Below, in pieces: positions 29,023 to 39,619 of a DNA stretch of 64,000 bases (position 1 is the first letter of the stretch; each line of letters starts with the position of its first letter). The notes under the pieces were generated by a model, which saw only the letters and a program-made list of their open reading frames with translations, made no database searches and was not told where the DNA came from. The stretch is from a virus. Lineage: Duplodnaviria; Heunggongvirae; Uroviricota; Caudoviricetes. The position numbers and the translations under genes were made by a program. The stretch lies in the IMG/VR virus record IMGVR_UViG_3300026382_000001. One strand, written 5' to 3'.

Positions 29023-30043
29023 AAAATCTAATAGAATTATTAATAAAATAGAAGAGTGTAATATTGCTAGATTAAATTCAAATAAATTAAAAGAACTATA
29101 TGGTGATTATAAATCCAAATATAGTTCTCGTTTAAAAATTGACACTGGTTTTAGATGTAATGCTAAATGCACTTATTGTTATTATTTAACTAAGGTTAAT
29201 GACGAATTTATTCCTAAAGAAGAAATTATTACTCAAATAAATAAAGCCAAAGAATTAAATTTTAAAAGTATTGAATTCAGTGGTGGTGAAAGTACTATTC
29301 ATCCAGATTTTTTAGAATGTGTTAGTTACGCTAAATCATTAGGCTTAATTACTTCGGTTATTACAAATGGTTATTTAAATCATGAGGAAATAAGAAGTAT
29401 TATAGATAGAGGAATAGATGAAATTATGTTCAGTATTCATGGATTTAGAGATACTCATGATAAGATAGTTAAATTAGATAAAGCATATGAAAAAATATTT
29501 AGTAATCTTAGAGTAATTCATAATCATCCAAGTAATGTAAAAGCTAGACTAAATATTATAGTAAATAATAAAAGTATTTTTGAATTGGGTGATATAATTG
29601 AGGATTTTTTAAATCAACATTCATTTTATTTAATTAATATTCATGAAATCAATTTCTTACCAATTAACGAATGGGACGATGCTAAAATAATTGGTGAACG
29701 TTCGCAGTCGATAGTTCATGAAAATATTAATCTTTTGGAAGAAGTACTAGACAGAATAATTCTTAAAAAAATTAAATTAAATATAAGATATTTAGAATAT
29801 TGTTTTTTATCTGAAAAGTATCATAAGTATTTATATAATTACTTAGATCATTATTTTACTAATGATTGGAATCCTTTTTATATCTATAAAGAAGATATTT
29901 TAAATGAAAATAAAAATGAATTTAATTTAGATAAAATAAAAAAGGATTTATTTTTTAAAAGAAAAACACAATACTATAAAGATATAAAATGTATCAAATG
30001 TCCTTGGAATATTAAATGCGATGGTTTTAAAAATAAATCCTAA
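28997..30043 (+). CDS. radical SAM protein with C-terminal CxxCxxxxxC
   Basis: CNAKCTYC, FSGGEST, ITNG, FSIHG; KCIKCPWNIKCDG. Confidence 0.88.
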   Translation: MVLEAPDYKKSNRIINKIEECNIARLNSNKLKELYGDYKSKYSSRLKIDTGFRCNAKCTYCYYLTKVNDEFIPKEEIITQINKAKELNFKSIEFSGGESTIHPDFLECVSYAKSLGLITSVITNGYLNHEEIRSIIDRGIDEIMFSIHGFRDTHDKIVKLDKAYEKIFSNLRVIHNHPSNVKARLNIIVNNKSIFELGDIIEDFLNQHSFYLINIHEINFLPINEWDDAKIIGERSQSIVHENINLLEEVLDRIILKKIKLNIRYLEYCFLSEKYHKYLYNYLDHYFTNDWNPFYIYKEDILNENKNEFNLDKIKKDLFFKRKTQYYKDIKCIKCPWNIKCDGFKNKS

Positions 30044-30081
30044 CAAAAATACATTCAAAAGTTATTAAACGAGGAGGATAA

Positions 30082-30345
30082 ATGATCTCTTTTAATTATA
30101 GTGAAATATTTAATATTGATTTAAATATGATAATTTTTATGATTTTACTTTTTGTATTAGCTGTAATATTATTAAATGGTTTAATTTATTTATATAAAAA
30201 ATTATTAAAAGGTAAAAAAAGAATTACTGATAAAAAACATATAACAGATTTAGAAATTGATAAACATGAAGTTAATAATTATCTAAATGGTCTTAATAAA
30301 AAACGTAGAAAATCAGATATTAATATAGATATAAAAGAATTTTAA
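30082..30345 (+). CDS. small single-pass membrane protein
   Basis: GAGGAGG SD; MIIFMILLFVLAVILLNGLIYLY followed by a basic tail. Confidence 0.7.
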   Translation: MISFNYSEIFNIDLNMIIFMILLFVLAVILLNGLIYLYKKLLKGKKRITDKKHITDLEIDKHEVNNYLNGLNKKRRKSDINIDIKEF

Positions 30346-30349
30346 CCAA

Positions 30350-30411
30350 AATTTAACGACAGGAAAAAACTTATAGATTAATTTCTATAAGTTTTTTCCT
30401 GTCGTTAAATT
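30350..30411. terminator. bidirectional hairpin element with TTTCCTGTC on both strands
   Basis: 28-bp perfect arms between convergent genes; each strand reads hairpin then TTTCCTGTCGTT. Confidence 0.88.
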
Positions 30412-30868
30412 AAGAAAGATCTTTTCCTAATTGGATATAGTATATTCCATTTTCTTTTTTATCCAAAGTTTCTAAAATATTTTTCATATCTTCTAAGGTT
30501 TCTGGTTGAAAATATTCTATATTTGATAATTCCATAATTCCCAAATCATCATCTAATTTATGCCCAGCTCCTAAAGTTTCATAACCGTACTTACCAGCAT
30601 TACATATAATTATTTTACCATTCTTAGAACCAAAATCTCTGCAACTAAATTTTAATTGTTCGTATCGATGAATTATAAAACCAGCAACTCCATAAATATA
30701 TACCGTATTACCAAGACTAGATAAACCACCAGTGATATTTAATAAATTACTTTCGCCAAGACCAATATTAATTACCTTGGCTTTTGTTGGAAAGTTTTTA
30801 GTATTAAACATATCAGCATGTAATAAGTATTCTTCTTTTTTTAAATAAGCTGCCATTAATTTACGCAT
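30410..30868 (-). CDS. transketolase-like pyrimidine-binding subunit (short)
   Basis: NIGLGESNL..GG, FIIHRYEQLK, GAGH..DD. Confidence 0.78.
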   Translation of the reverse strand: MRKLMAAYLKKEEYLLHADMFNTKNFPTKAKVINIGLGESNLLNITGGLSSLGNTVYIYGVAGFIIHRYEQLKFSCRDFGSKNGKIIICNAGKYGYETLGAGHKLDDDLGIMELSNIEYFQPETLEDMKNILETLDKKENGIYYIQLGKDLS

Positions 30869-30869
30869 A

Positions 30870-31472
30870 TTAATCCTTTAAATATCTTTCCTTTATTTTT
30901 CGAATGGTTTTAGTTTCTAAATTTTTAAAATAATAAACTCTATTAGAAGTTTCTTTAAATATATAATGATATAACTGAGGTATTAAATTATCTAAATCTA
31001 AAAATTCAATTTCTTTTTCATAATCTTTTTCTGGAACTTCGTTATTTCTTAGTTGTTTAATTAAACCCTTTTTTCTATCGGCTGAATAAATTCTTGGTAT
31101 TCTTAATAATTTATAATTTTTTAAAAAAGCTTTTATATAAAATTCCATAGCTCTTTTATAAGTACCATATATATCTAAATCATTGGTAGCAGCTTCTGAG
31201 CTAAAGAATATAAATTCTAAATTATTTTGTTCCGCTAAATCCACTAATTGCTGAGTTAATAATATCATTGAATTTGTAGTTTTTTTAACATTTTTAAAAT
31301 CTTCTTTATCCGATACTCCAGCAGTATGTATGATTTTTGTAAGTTTTGTTGGACAAGGATTTTTTAAATAATCGGCAAGAGTTATAAAATTAGCATTAAA
31401 TCCAGAATAATATTTATAATAATTAATAAAAGCTTTTCCCAAATATCCATTTTCTCCAGTTATTAATATCAT
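30870..31472 (-). CDS. short NAD-dependent sugar epimerase/reductase
   Basis: ITGENGYLG, IIHTAG, FFSS, YGTYK. Confidence 0.8.
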   Translation of the reverse strand: MILITGENGYLGKAFINYYKYYSGFNANFITLADYLKNPCPTKLTKIIHTAGVSDKEDFKNVKKTTNSMILLTQQLVDLAEQNNLEFIFFSSEAATNDLDIYGTYKRAMEFYIKAFLKNYKLLRIPRIYSADRKKGLIKQLRNNEVPEKDYEKEIEFLDLDNLIPQLYHYIFKETSNRVYYFKNLETKTIRKIKERYLKD

Positions 31473-31484
31473 ATTATCTCCATT

Positions 31485-32216
31485 TTATTTATTTAAGATA
31501 GTTATATCTTCAATATTTTTTAATTCTTTATAATGCCAAAGTACTGGATCTTCTTCCATTTCTTTAACGCCTTGACCTTTAGTAGTATTAAAAATAATTA
31601 CTACTGGTTTTTTACTTTCTTTTTGCTTTTGTAAAACATTATCTATAACTAAATTCATTCCATAATCATTTAAAACTTTAGTATCATAAAAACGAGTTTC
31701 TATATTATACATTTTAAACATATCTTCTATATTAAAACAATTAATACCAGAAACGTTTTGAAGAGAATCCGTTAATTGCATACCATTGAAATCGATAGTA
31801 ATTAACATATTTAATTGATGTTTTCCTATAAATTGTATAGCTTCTAATGTTGGACCCATTTGTAAAGCACCGTCGCTTAAGTTAACATAAGTAAGCTTAT
31901 CCGGACTTCCTAAAGCAATACCTGCTCCTATACCTAAAGCATTTCCAAGAGTTTCTTCGCTGTAATTAATAAAATCTAACTCTTCGTGTTTGACCCCATA
32001 AGATAATTTTTGGTCTTTAATTAAACCAAGTTCTTTCCAAATCATATAATAAGCTTGTGAACCAAAAGGCTTACCAATTACAATATTCGTCGTACTGTAA
32101 TCAAACTTTGGTAATAAGTATTTAAGATATGAGAATTGACTAAGAGCGCTTGGTATATGTTTTAGATTATTATCAATACTGTATTGAAGTAATTGTTTTG
32201 TTGTTTTATGAGACAT
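31485..32216 (-). CDS. transketolase-like TPP-binding N-terminal subunit (divergent)
   Basis: HIPSALS, TLGNALGIGAG, SDGALQMG..LEA, IDFNGMQL, TTKGQGV..ME....WHY. Confidence 0.8.
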   Translation of the reverse strand: MSHKTTKQLLQYSIDNNLKHIPSALSQFSYLKYLLPKFDYSTTNIVIGKPFGSQAYYMIWKELGLIKDQKLSYGVKHEELDFINYSEETLGNALGIGAGIALGSPDKLTYVNLSDGALQMGPTLEAIQFIGKHQLNMLITIDFNGMQLTDSLQNVSGINCFNIEDMFKMYNIETRFYDTKVLNDYGMNLVIDNVLQKQKESKKPVVIIFNTTKGQGVKEMEEDPVLWHYKELKNIEDITILNK

Positions 32217-32823
32217 TATAATGGGACTTCCCTTGTTTATAAAATAATTTATTTATGTATTTAATACTTCCACTATTTCTAAAAAATAAATAATAATCGT
32301 TATATTTATTATCAGTCTTTGGAAATTTTTTAATTATTTCTTTTTTAATTATTATTTGACCTAATTGAAAATGATCGAATTTTTCTGGAATATTATAATA
32401 ATTAAATAGTTCTGTATGTGTTTTATTCCATATTTTTTTAAATGATTTTCTAAAATTTTTTAAAGTACTATTTTCTCTAGCGTTTGGATAATATAATCCA
32501 AAACAATAATCATTTTTTAATTCAAAATCAAATGATGTTAATAAAGTATCATCATCTTCTAAATAATAAATATATTCACCATTTGATTTTTTATATAAAA
32601 AATTATATACTTGCCCCCAATTAATAAAAGAAGCATTATAAATAGTAATTGGTAATTTATATTTATTAAAATTTATATCCTTAATAGAATCGTCGTCATA
32701 ATTAATAATAATTTCATAAGGTATTTGTATATTTGCTTTACGAATACTTAATAAACATTTTTGTAATTGTTCTGGTCTATCATGAGTTGGTATTAATATA
32801 CTTAATTTAATATTTTTTGACAT
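32206..32823 (-). CDS. GT2-family glycosyltransferase (start probably MSKNIK)
   Basis: SILIPTHDRP, EIIINYDD, GEYIYYLEDDD. Confidence 0.82.
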   Translation of the reverse strand: MSKNIKLSILIPTHDRPEQLQKCLLSIRKANIQIPYEIIINYDDDSIKDINFNKYKLPITIYNASFINWGQVYNFLYKKSNGEYIYYLEDDDTLLTSFDFELKNDYCFGLYYPNARENSTLKNFRKSFKKIWNKTHTELFNYYNIPEKFDHFQLGQIIIKKEIIKKFPKTDNKYNDYYLFFRNSGSIKYINKLFYKQGKSHYNVS

Positions 32824-33752
32824 TTTAATAATCCGTCGCAGTTGCAAAAATCATGAGGGCATTTTTTTGGTAATATTTTTTTAATTTTTTTAAAATACAT
32901 TAAATTAGTTTCTAAAGAAAATGTTCCAGGAAAACAAGTACTACTTACAAAACCATTAAATGATATTTCATAGTTATTTTGATAACATGACCAATTTTTA
33001 AAAGTGAGATTTTTTGAAAAAACCTCAATATCATTAAGATATTCTTTTTTATCATTTATAATATATTCATATTCTTTATCCATATATTTATATATTTCTT
33101 GATATTTATTTAAAGAGGTTTTATATAATTTTTGTAAATCGTTGTGTGGATTTCCATCTGGATAAATAATATGTGGATGTATTATTATTTCTTTAGAAAT
33201 ATTTGGTAAATATTTTAACCATTCGTTAGTAATATTATCATATTTTGGATCTAACATTATATTAACTTTTACTTTAAAATATTTATTTAAATATTCTAAT
33301 TTTTCGATAAATAATTTTATTCTTTCTTCTGTTAAATTTTTGAAATACTCTGGATGAAAACTACATAATATAAAAGTATTTTTTATTTTAGGATGTTTTT
33401 CCCAATATGTTATATCTTGATTAAGATTAGTAGTTATATATAATCTATTATCTTTATGTCTTGGTAATATTTTATTTTGTATTTCTTCTAAAATATAAAA
33501 ATAGTTTTTAGATTCCGTTGGTTCTCCACCAAGCAATCCCAAGAAAACGGGAAGAGTACTAAATCGAAGGCTAGTAATAATATTATTTATATCCTTAATT
33601 TTAGATTCATTTTGCCAGTTATTTTCTTTAGAATAATCTAATTTAGCGTAACAGTAGTTACAGTTATAATTACATTTTGTAGTTATATCCCAATGAATAT
33701 ATAATCTTTGTATTTTATGATCAATTCCCTGAAAAGTTTTGGAATCTAGCAT
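32802..33752 (-). CDS. radical SAM protein with Cys-rich (twitch-like) C-terminus
   Basis: CNYNCNYC, LLGGEPT, SFHPE; CPHDFCNCD. Confidence 0.9.
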   Translation of the reverse strand: MLDSKTFQGIDHKIQRLYIHWDITTKCNYNCNYCYAKLDYSKENNWQNESKIKDINNIITSLRFSTLPVFLGLLGGEPTESKNYFYILEEIQNKILPRHKDNRLYITTNLNQDITYWEKHPKIKNTFILCSFHPEYFKNLTEERIKLFIEKLEYLNKYFKVKVNIMLDPKYDNITNEWLKYLPNISKEIIIHPHIIYPDGNPHNDLQKLYKTSLNKYQEIYKYMDKEYEYIINDKKEYLNDIEVFSKNLTFKNWSCYQNNYEISFNGFVSSTCFPGTFSLETNLMYFKKIKKILPKKCPHDFCNCDGLLKCQKILN

Positions 33753-34561
33753 GTACTATCCCGAAAAGTTGGGAAAAGTAAATGTTGCATTAAAAAATAA
33801 TAATTTTCATTTTTTAAAAAAAATAAATTATCATAGTCAATTGATATATTTTTTGGGAAAAAAGTGTATTTGCAATTATTTAAATTCTTCTCTATTTTTT
33901 TAGTTATATTCAAACCTTTTAAATAATCAATTTTTCCTAGGTTTTTATTATATGGATCTACATTTATAATTTCAGATTTGTAATTAGTTTTAATTATTGT
34001 ATCTGTTGCAAAAGTTAAATTAGATTCTGGTATTTCGGTTATATATTTAAACATTTCTATAATATCTTCTAACTTAAAAAAATTAAGATCTGATAAAAAA
34101 ATATTTTCAAATAATTTATCGGCATCTGTGGTAAATAATTTTTTAAGTTTTTCTAAATAAATTTTAAAACTGTCGCATTTATTCCATTCAGTTAATATTC
34201 CCAAATTAAATTTTTTTATATCAAATTTTTCACCGGTATAAAATAATAGAAAATATCTAAATTTTCTATTGAGTATCTCAGTAAACAATTCTAAATCAAT
34301 ATAAAAATTATTTTCTTTATCCTTAATTAAATTATATGTATCTATATCAAGTAATTTATAAGCACCATGATAAACAATTCGATTTATTGGTAAGGGTATT
34401 GTAAGACCACCTAATTTATGAATTTCTTCATCCGATAAAGAGGTATCGAGTTTAACAACTAATTCAAAACTATTATCTTTAAATTGATTATTTATTTTAT
34501 CTATAAGATTATTAACCAATTCCCTATTTTTTTTATGTACCTTTCTAATATCTTCGCTCAT
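33746..34561 (-). CDS. hypothetical protein in the modification cluster
   Basis: 271-aa ORF with SD; no motif recognised. Confidence 0.55.
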   Translation of the reverse strand: MSEDIRKVHKKNRELVNNLIDKINNQFKDNSFELVVKLDTSLSDEEIHKLGGLTIPLPINRIVYHGAYKLLDIDTYNLIKDKENNFYIDLELFTEILNRKFRYFLLFYTGEKFDIKKFNLGILTEWNKCDSFKIYLEKLKKLFTTDADKLFENIFLSDLNFFKLEDIIEMFKYITEIPESNLTFATDTIIKTNYKSEIINVDPYNKNLGKIDYLKGLNITKKIEKNLNNCKYTFFPKNISIDYDNLFFLKNENYYFLMQHLLFPTFRDSTC

Positions 34562-34576
34562 ATAATATCCTTTTAT

Positions 34577-35428
34577 TTAAATAAAATCTTGTAAATAGCT
34601 TAATTCATAACCACACGTTTTAAATTCACATAAACTTTTTTTCATTGTATCTTTTAAGTTGTCCCCATTTAATATATTTCCAGTTGGAGCATTCTGAGTT
34701 AAACTATAACTACATTTAAATAAATCTCCATTTCCATTAATAATAATATAATAGGAAGTATCACATAAATAATTATCGGGTACTGTAATTTCCCCAGCAA
34801 AATATTTATTTTTTTCTATTTCTTGTTTTGTTAATTTTATTTTTGATTTAACTAAATTTTCAAAACTATCACTTTGAAAATAGTTATAAGTAATTTCAGT
34901 TCGAATATTTAACAAATTAAAATATTTTCTTAAAAAAATGATATCTTTTATATTATTTTTAATTACCATTAAATCGATATAATTTAATTTAATTAATAAT
35001 TTCTTATTTTTAAAATACTTTAATTTATCTTTATATGTTATAATTTTATTATTTGTAATTTCAAAATGAAAGCTTATATTTAATAAATCAATATAATCCA
35101 AACTACTTATTATAAGATCGGGGTTATCGAAATTAGTCTGTAATTCAATGATACTATTTGAATTTAAATATTTAATATATTTTAAATAGTCTATTAAATA
35201 TTTCGATAATGTTGGTTCACCTCCATGAAAATAAAACAAAGGTGTTCTATTTTTTTCTTTAGCATATGATACACACTGATCTATTATTTTCATAATATCC
35301 TTTTTATTATAATCTATATTTGAATGATAATGACAATATGAACAATCTCTATTGCATAGTTCGGTAATTCTTAAAGAAAATTGTATTACTTTACATCCAG
35401 AAACATCCATTTTTTGTACAGTACCCAT
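34577..35428 (-). CDS. radical SAM protein (twitch-like C-terminus)
   Basis: CNRDCSYC, FHGGEPT, LQTN, SFH; NGDLFKC...CEFKTC; start may be the downstream ATG (MDVSG). Confidence 0.9.
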   Translation of the reverse strand: MGTVQKMDVSGCKVIQFSLRITELCNRDCSYCHYHSNIDYNKKDIMKIIDQCVSYAKEKNRTPLFYFHGGEPTLSKYLIDYLKYIKYLNSNSIIELQTNFDNPDLIISSLDYIDLLNISFHFEITNNKIITYKDKLKYFKNKKLLIKLNYIDLMVIKNNIKDIIFLRKYFNLLNIRTEITYNYFQSDSFENLVKSKIKLTKQEIEKNKYFAGEITVPDNYLCDTSYYIIINGNGDLFKCSYSLTQNAPTGNILNGDNLKDTMKKSLCEFKTCGYELSYLQDFI

Positions 35429-36173
35429 TAGTAATCTCCCTATAACAACAGTTATATTTATTTAATTTTGAATCCCAAAGAACATAATCATATGGACATG
35501 GTTTACCATAGGTACTAAACTTTCCGGAACATTGTTCTTCCCAAAGTTCAGATCTGAACTTTGATTCCCCAAGTATATAATTTTCTTCAAATTTTATCCA
35601 AGAATATATTTTTTTATATCTTATGATATTATACTCTTTATTTAAAGCACAACATAAATTTTTATTGTTTTTATAAAATCCAGAAATTGGCAATAAATAA
35701 CATATTTCTGGAAAAATTTTTTGAACTATTCTATAATACCTAATAGATTCTTTTCCAATATACATAATATCTATACGTTTCATATTTAGTATTTTTAAAT
35801 CATTTAACCTTTTTAATTCGATAAGATTATTTATTAAATCGGTTTCTGTTATTTCTGTTGGATGAACACTACACTGTAGGTTAAAGTTATTTATATTATT
35901 TTTAATAATATCGATACTTTTAGTACTAATATTACTTTGAATTACGAATGGTTGTTTTATTTTATTAAGATAATCTATTATAAATTTAATTTTTTTATGC
36001 ATAAATGGTTCTCCACCAAATACAAATAATTCTAAATCTTTGTCAATATTATCCATAAATTTTTTTAAAATATCTTCGTTTAATTCCATTTTATAATTTG
36101 GTAAAGAACAATAAAAACAATTATAATTACATTGACTTATTACTTCCCACTCTTGAAGTTTATTTATTTCCAT
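35391..36173 (-). CDS. radical SAM protein (twitch-like C-terminus)
   Basis: CNYNCFYC, FGGEPF, SVHP; CPY...CC...CTKNGC. Confidence 0.9.
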   Translation of the reverse strand: MEINKLQEWEVISQCNYNCFYCSLPNYKMELNEDILKKFMDNIDKDLELFVFGGEPFMHKKIKFIIDYLNKIKQPFVIQSNISTKSIDIIKNNINNFNLQCSVHPTEITETDLINNLIELKRLNDLKILNMKRIDIMYIGKESIRYYRIVQKIFPEICYLLPISGFYKNNKNLCCALNKEYNIIRYKKIYSWIKFEENYILGESKFRSELWEEQCSGKFSTYGKPCPYDYVLWDSKLNKYNCCYREITNGYCTKNGCFWM

Positions 36174-36230
36174 ACAAATAATTTCCTTTCATTTATAATT
36201 TGATAAAGTAAAATATATTAATTTTTGGGT

Positions 36231-37079
36231 TTATTTAATTTCATTAAACTTTGAAATATCATGCTCTAACTCATTTAATTTATTTTCTCTACCAGATATT
36301 TTAAAATTTATATAACCAAGTGATTTAGCTTTGGTTATTAATTTATTATCCAAATCCATTCCAGTCTTACATGAAGTTAAACAATTATCTGGATTAAAAT
36401 TTGATAACCAACATTCTTCAACCTCTTTAATTTTTAATACAATATCCTTTGAGTTTAAACCATTCGAATTTACCTTAGATATTTCTTTAAAATGTTCATA
36501 ATAAAATTCACAATTTGGTTTACATGTATCATTTACCATAATTTCATATTTTTCTAAATTTAATTTAAGAAACCAATCTTGAAAAATATGTTCCATTTTT
36601 GGAACAATTAAATCGTACTTAGTCTCTAAATTAGAATAATACTCGAAATATTTTTGCTGCGTTAACGAATTTGGATAAGCTTCCAAATCATGTCCAGTAA
36701 TACTATATTTTAAATTAAAATTATAATTATCTTTTAAAAATAATCGCAACTCTTCGTTTATTAAAGTAATTTCATTTTGTATTTTATATTTTTTAGATGA
36801 TTGATCTAATAATTCTAATAATTCTAAACCAACGTTATCTTTTAAATCTATAACTCCATTTGAAAATGTAAATGAAACAGGTATTTTAAATTTATTATAG
36901 AATTCAATATCGGATAAATCAATATTAATATTTCTATTTATTCTTCCACCATTCCATTTACAATTATTTGGGCCATCATATACTTTAACATTAAATTTTT
37001 TTAATAATTTTAATTTTGTAAAAATTATTAATAATTTTTTTTTATCGAATGTAAAAGCTCCTGCTATATTTAAATTCAT
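36231..37079 (-). CDS. peptidase U32-like Fe-S protein
   Basis: CKWNGGR, MVNDTCKPNC, ECW, FKISGRE (cf. U32 LKIEGR). Confidence 0.65.
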   Translation of the reverse strand: MNLNIAGAFTFDKKKLLIIFTKLKLLKKFNVKVYDGPNNCKWNGGRINRNINIDLSDIEFYNKFKIPVSFTFSNGVIDLKDNVGLELLELLDQSSKKYKIQNEITLINEELRLFLKDNYNFNLKYSITGHDLEAYPNSLTQQKYFEYYSNLETKYDLIVPKMEHIFQDWFLKLNLEKYEIMVNDTCKPNCEFYYEHFKEISKVNSNGLNSKDIVLKIKEVEECWLSNFNPDNCLTSCKTGMDLDNKLITKAKSLGYINFKISGRENKLNELEHDISKFNEIK

Positions 37080-37969
37080 ATTTTTTTCCTAGTCGATAAT
37101 CGTTCATTTTTAAAACATCTATCATAATCATTTATATTATCAATAAATATATTATATTTTTCAGAAAATTTAAATTTATTAACAGAATAAAATTTTTTAA
37201 TATAATTATAATTTATAAAATTAGTTTCTATATTAACTTCCATTTTTTTAAATTTTTCTATTTTTGATTTGGGAACTGGTATCCAATCAGGTATTCCATC
37301 TTTAGATAAAACATTAAATATGTAATAATAATCATAATTATATTCTTTTAATATTTTTATTAATATTTCTAATTCTTTATCGGTATAGGTATTAACCATT
37401 AAAAGAAATACAAATTTACCAGGGTTGTTATCCAGTACTGGTTTTAATTCTTTTAATTTTTTAATATAGAAATCTAATGATAATTGTTCCAAATGAAAGG
37501 TAAAATCAATAACATAATTATTAAAATTTGTACTATTTAAAAAATTGAATAATGTATCCAATTTTGAAGCAGATGTACTAAAATTAGAAAATATTTTAAA
37601 TAGAATTTTTTGATTATTAAACATATGTAATTTAGCAGACATATAATTAATAATAATTTCAAATCTATTAATTTTTTCTAAATTATAAAAATATTCCCCA
37701 GATGAAATACTTATAAAAAAACCATCATTATCATATTTAGATTTAGAATACTCTAAAAAAACTTTATCTATTATCTTAAAAAGCTGTTCGTTTGTAAAAG
37801 TACCTTTATTATTTGGTACAGAAAGAAATTTATCAAAACAGTAACTACAATCTAAATTACAAGTTGTATCAAAAGCTAACAATAGTATTTTATAAAATCG
37901 TTTTCCTATTGGTAACGCCAATGTTGTTTTTTTTATAAGATCCTCTTTATTATCCAATATAAAACTCAT
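37076..37969 (-). CDS. divergent radical SAM protein (start revised to MSFILD)
   Basis: CNLDCSYC, SSGEYF, TFH; ATGA overlap with the upstream stop and an AAGGA SD. Confidence 0.8.
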   Translation of the reverse strand: MSFILDNKEDLIKKTTLALPIGKRFYKILLLAFDTTCNLDCSYCFDKFLSVPNNKGTFTNEQLFKIIDKVFLEYSKSKYDNDGFFISISSGEYFYNLEKINRFEIIINYMSAKLHMFNNQKILFKIFSNFSTSASKLDTLFNFLNSTNFNNYVIDFTFHLEQLSLDFYIKKLKELKPVLDNNPGKFVFLLMVNTYTDKELEILIKILKEYNYDYYYIFNVLSKDGIPDWIPVPKSKIEKFKKMEVNIETNFINYNYIKKFYSVNKFKFSEKYNIFIDNINDYDRCFKNERLSTRKKI

Positions 37970-38913
37970 AGCAATTCCTTTTTTATTTGAGTAAGATAAT
38001 AACATGGACATGTTATTTCACAATTAACTATAAACATATTTTTCATTTTTATAAGTAAATTATTAAAATTATCATGAATATTTCCAATTTTTGTACCAGT
38101 ACAACCTTGTAAAATATTTAAATTGTAATCAATTAAGAATTCTTTTAAGTAACATTTTTTCTTATTTTTTAATAATATGAAATTATTTATAGAAATTTCT
38201 TTATCATTCATAGTAACACTTGGATTTAATAATTGTATCAATTTACGAAATGGATTTGATTTGGATTTTGAATAGATTTTAGCTCTTTTTTTTAAGAAAT
38301 TTTCATTTCCATTATCTATAACTTCGATATTTATATCAATAACTTTTGATAATTTTTCGATAGTATTAAAATTATTATTATAAAATTCAATATATTCTTT
38401 TTTTAATGTAAGCATTAAATCCATTTTTAAATTAATTTTATAATTATTTATTAAATAATTTAAATTTTTAAAAAATATATTATCATTTAAATCAATTAAT
38501 TCATGTACACTCGCAGTAATAAAAATATTATCTAAAAAATTATTATTTTTACATATTTCAATACCTTTTAATAAATTTGAAATATTTATTAAATTCGTAA
38601 AAATATTCATATTTATTTTATTTTCGATACAAAAATTAACACAATCTAAAAAATATTTACTTAAAGTAGGTTCTCCACCTAATATAAGTAATTGAAGATT
38701 TGGAAATTCTTTTTTAATATGTAATAAAAATATTTTAATATTATTCCAATTTTCTTGAGATAAATTTTTATTCCAATCGTTAGTTTTGTTATAATAATTT
38801 TTCGAATAACAGTATGAACAATCTAAATTACATACTGTAGTTATATCCAAACTGATTAATATATCATATTGAAAAAATTTATCCATTTTTTTATTTGGTT
38901 TAATAATATTCAT
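37966..38913 (-). CDS. radical SAM protein (twitch-like C-terminus)
   Basis: CNLDCSYC, LGGEPT, FTN, SVH; CEITCPC. Confidence 0.9.
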   Translation of the reverse strand: MNIIKPNKKMDKFFQYDILISLDITTVCNLDCSYCYSKNYYNKTNDWNKNLSQENWNNIKIFLLHIKKEFPNLQLLILGGEPTLSKYFLDCVNFCIENKINMNIFTNLINISNLLKGIEICKNNNFLDNIFITASVHELIDLNDNIFFKNLNYLINNYKINLKMDLMLTLKKEYIEFYNNNFNTIEKLSKVIDINIEVIDNGNENFLKKRAKIYSKSKSNPFRKLIQLLNPSVTMNDKEISINNFILLKNKKKCYLKEFLIDYNLNILQGCTGTKIGNIHDNFNNLLIKMKNMFIVNCEITCPCYYLTQIKKELL

Positions 38914-39619
38914 ATTTTTCCTTTGTATCGAATAATATATTTAATGAACAAAAATCAATATGATTATCTTCAATAAATAATTTAGTATTTGGTTCTTTTA
39001 AAGTACTTGTTACACAGTAATCTTTTCGTGAGGCTCCTATATCAAAATTAATTAATCCCATTGAAAGAATATTGGAATTTAAAATTCTATTTAAAAATAT
39101 TTTTTTTAAATTTGGTAGAGTTTTTTGATAATAATTTGGATCTTCTATATCAGTACATAAATAAATTATAATATCCATATCAGAAAATAATTTAATAACC
39201 AAAGATATAATATTACTATTTTTAATATTAAAAATAATTTGAGTTCTTAATATATATTTTTTGTTAAATAATTCTAAATAATCATCTTTATTTTTTTTTA
39301 ATTTAAAAAATAATTGATTATGTAAACTAAGAACTATTTTTATATTATCAGTAAATAAATATTCATACTCTTTGATTTTTAATAATTTAGTACCATTTGT
39401 ATAAATAATAATATTTTGATTATATTGTTTTATATAATTTATAATTTTTTCAAATTCTGGATGCAAAAATGGTTCTCCACCAAGAATATTAATAACTTCA
39501 TAATCTTTAAAATTTATTTCATGTAATTCTTCTAAACTTATAAAAGAATTTTTTAAACTAACTGTACAATAATCGCACTCAAAATTACATTTTAATGTAA
39601 TAAATAAATCGAGATTCAT
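38900..39619 (-). CDS. radical SAM protein
   Basis: CNFECDYC, LGGEPFLHP, YTNG, SLH. Confidence 0.9.
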   Translation of the reverse strand: MNLDLFITLKCNFECDYCTVSLKNSFISLEELHEINFKDYEVINILGGEPFLHPEFEKIINYIKQYNQNIIIYTNGTKLLKIKEYEYLFTDNIKIVLSLHNQLFFKLKKNKDDYLELFNKKYILRTQIIFNIKNSNIISLVIKLFSDMDIIIYLCTDIEDPNYYQKTLPNLKKIFLNRILNSNILSMGLINFDIGASRKDYCVTSTLKEPNTKLFIEDNHIDFCSLNILFDTKEKYEYY

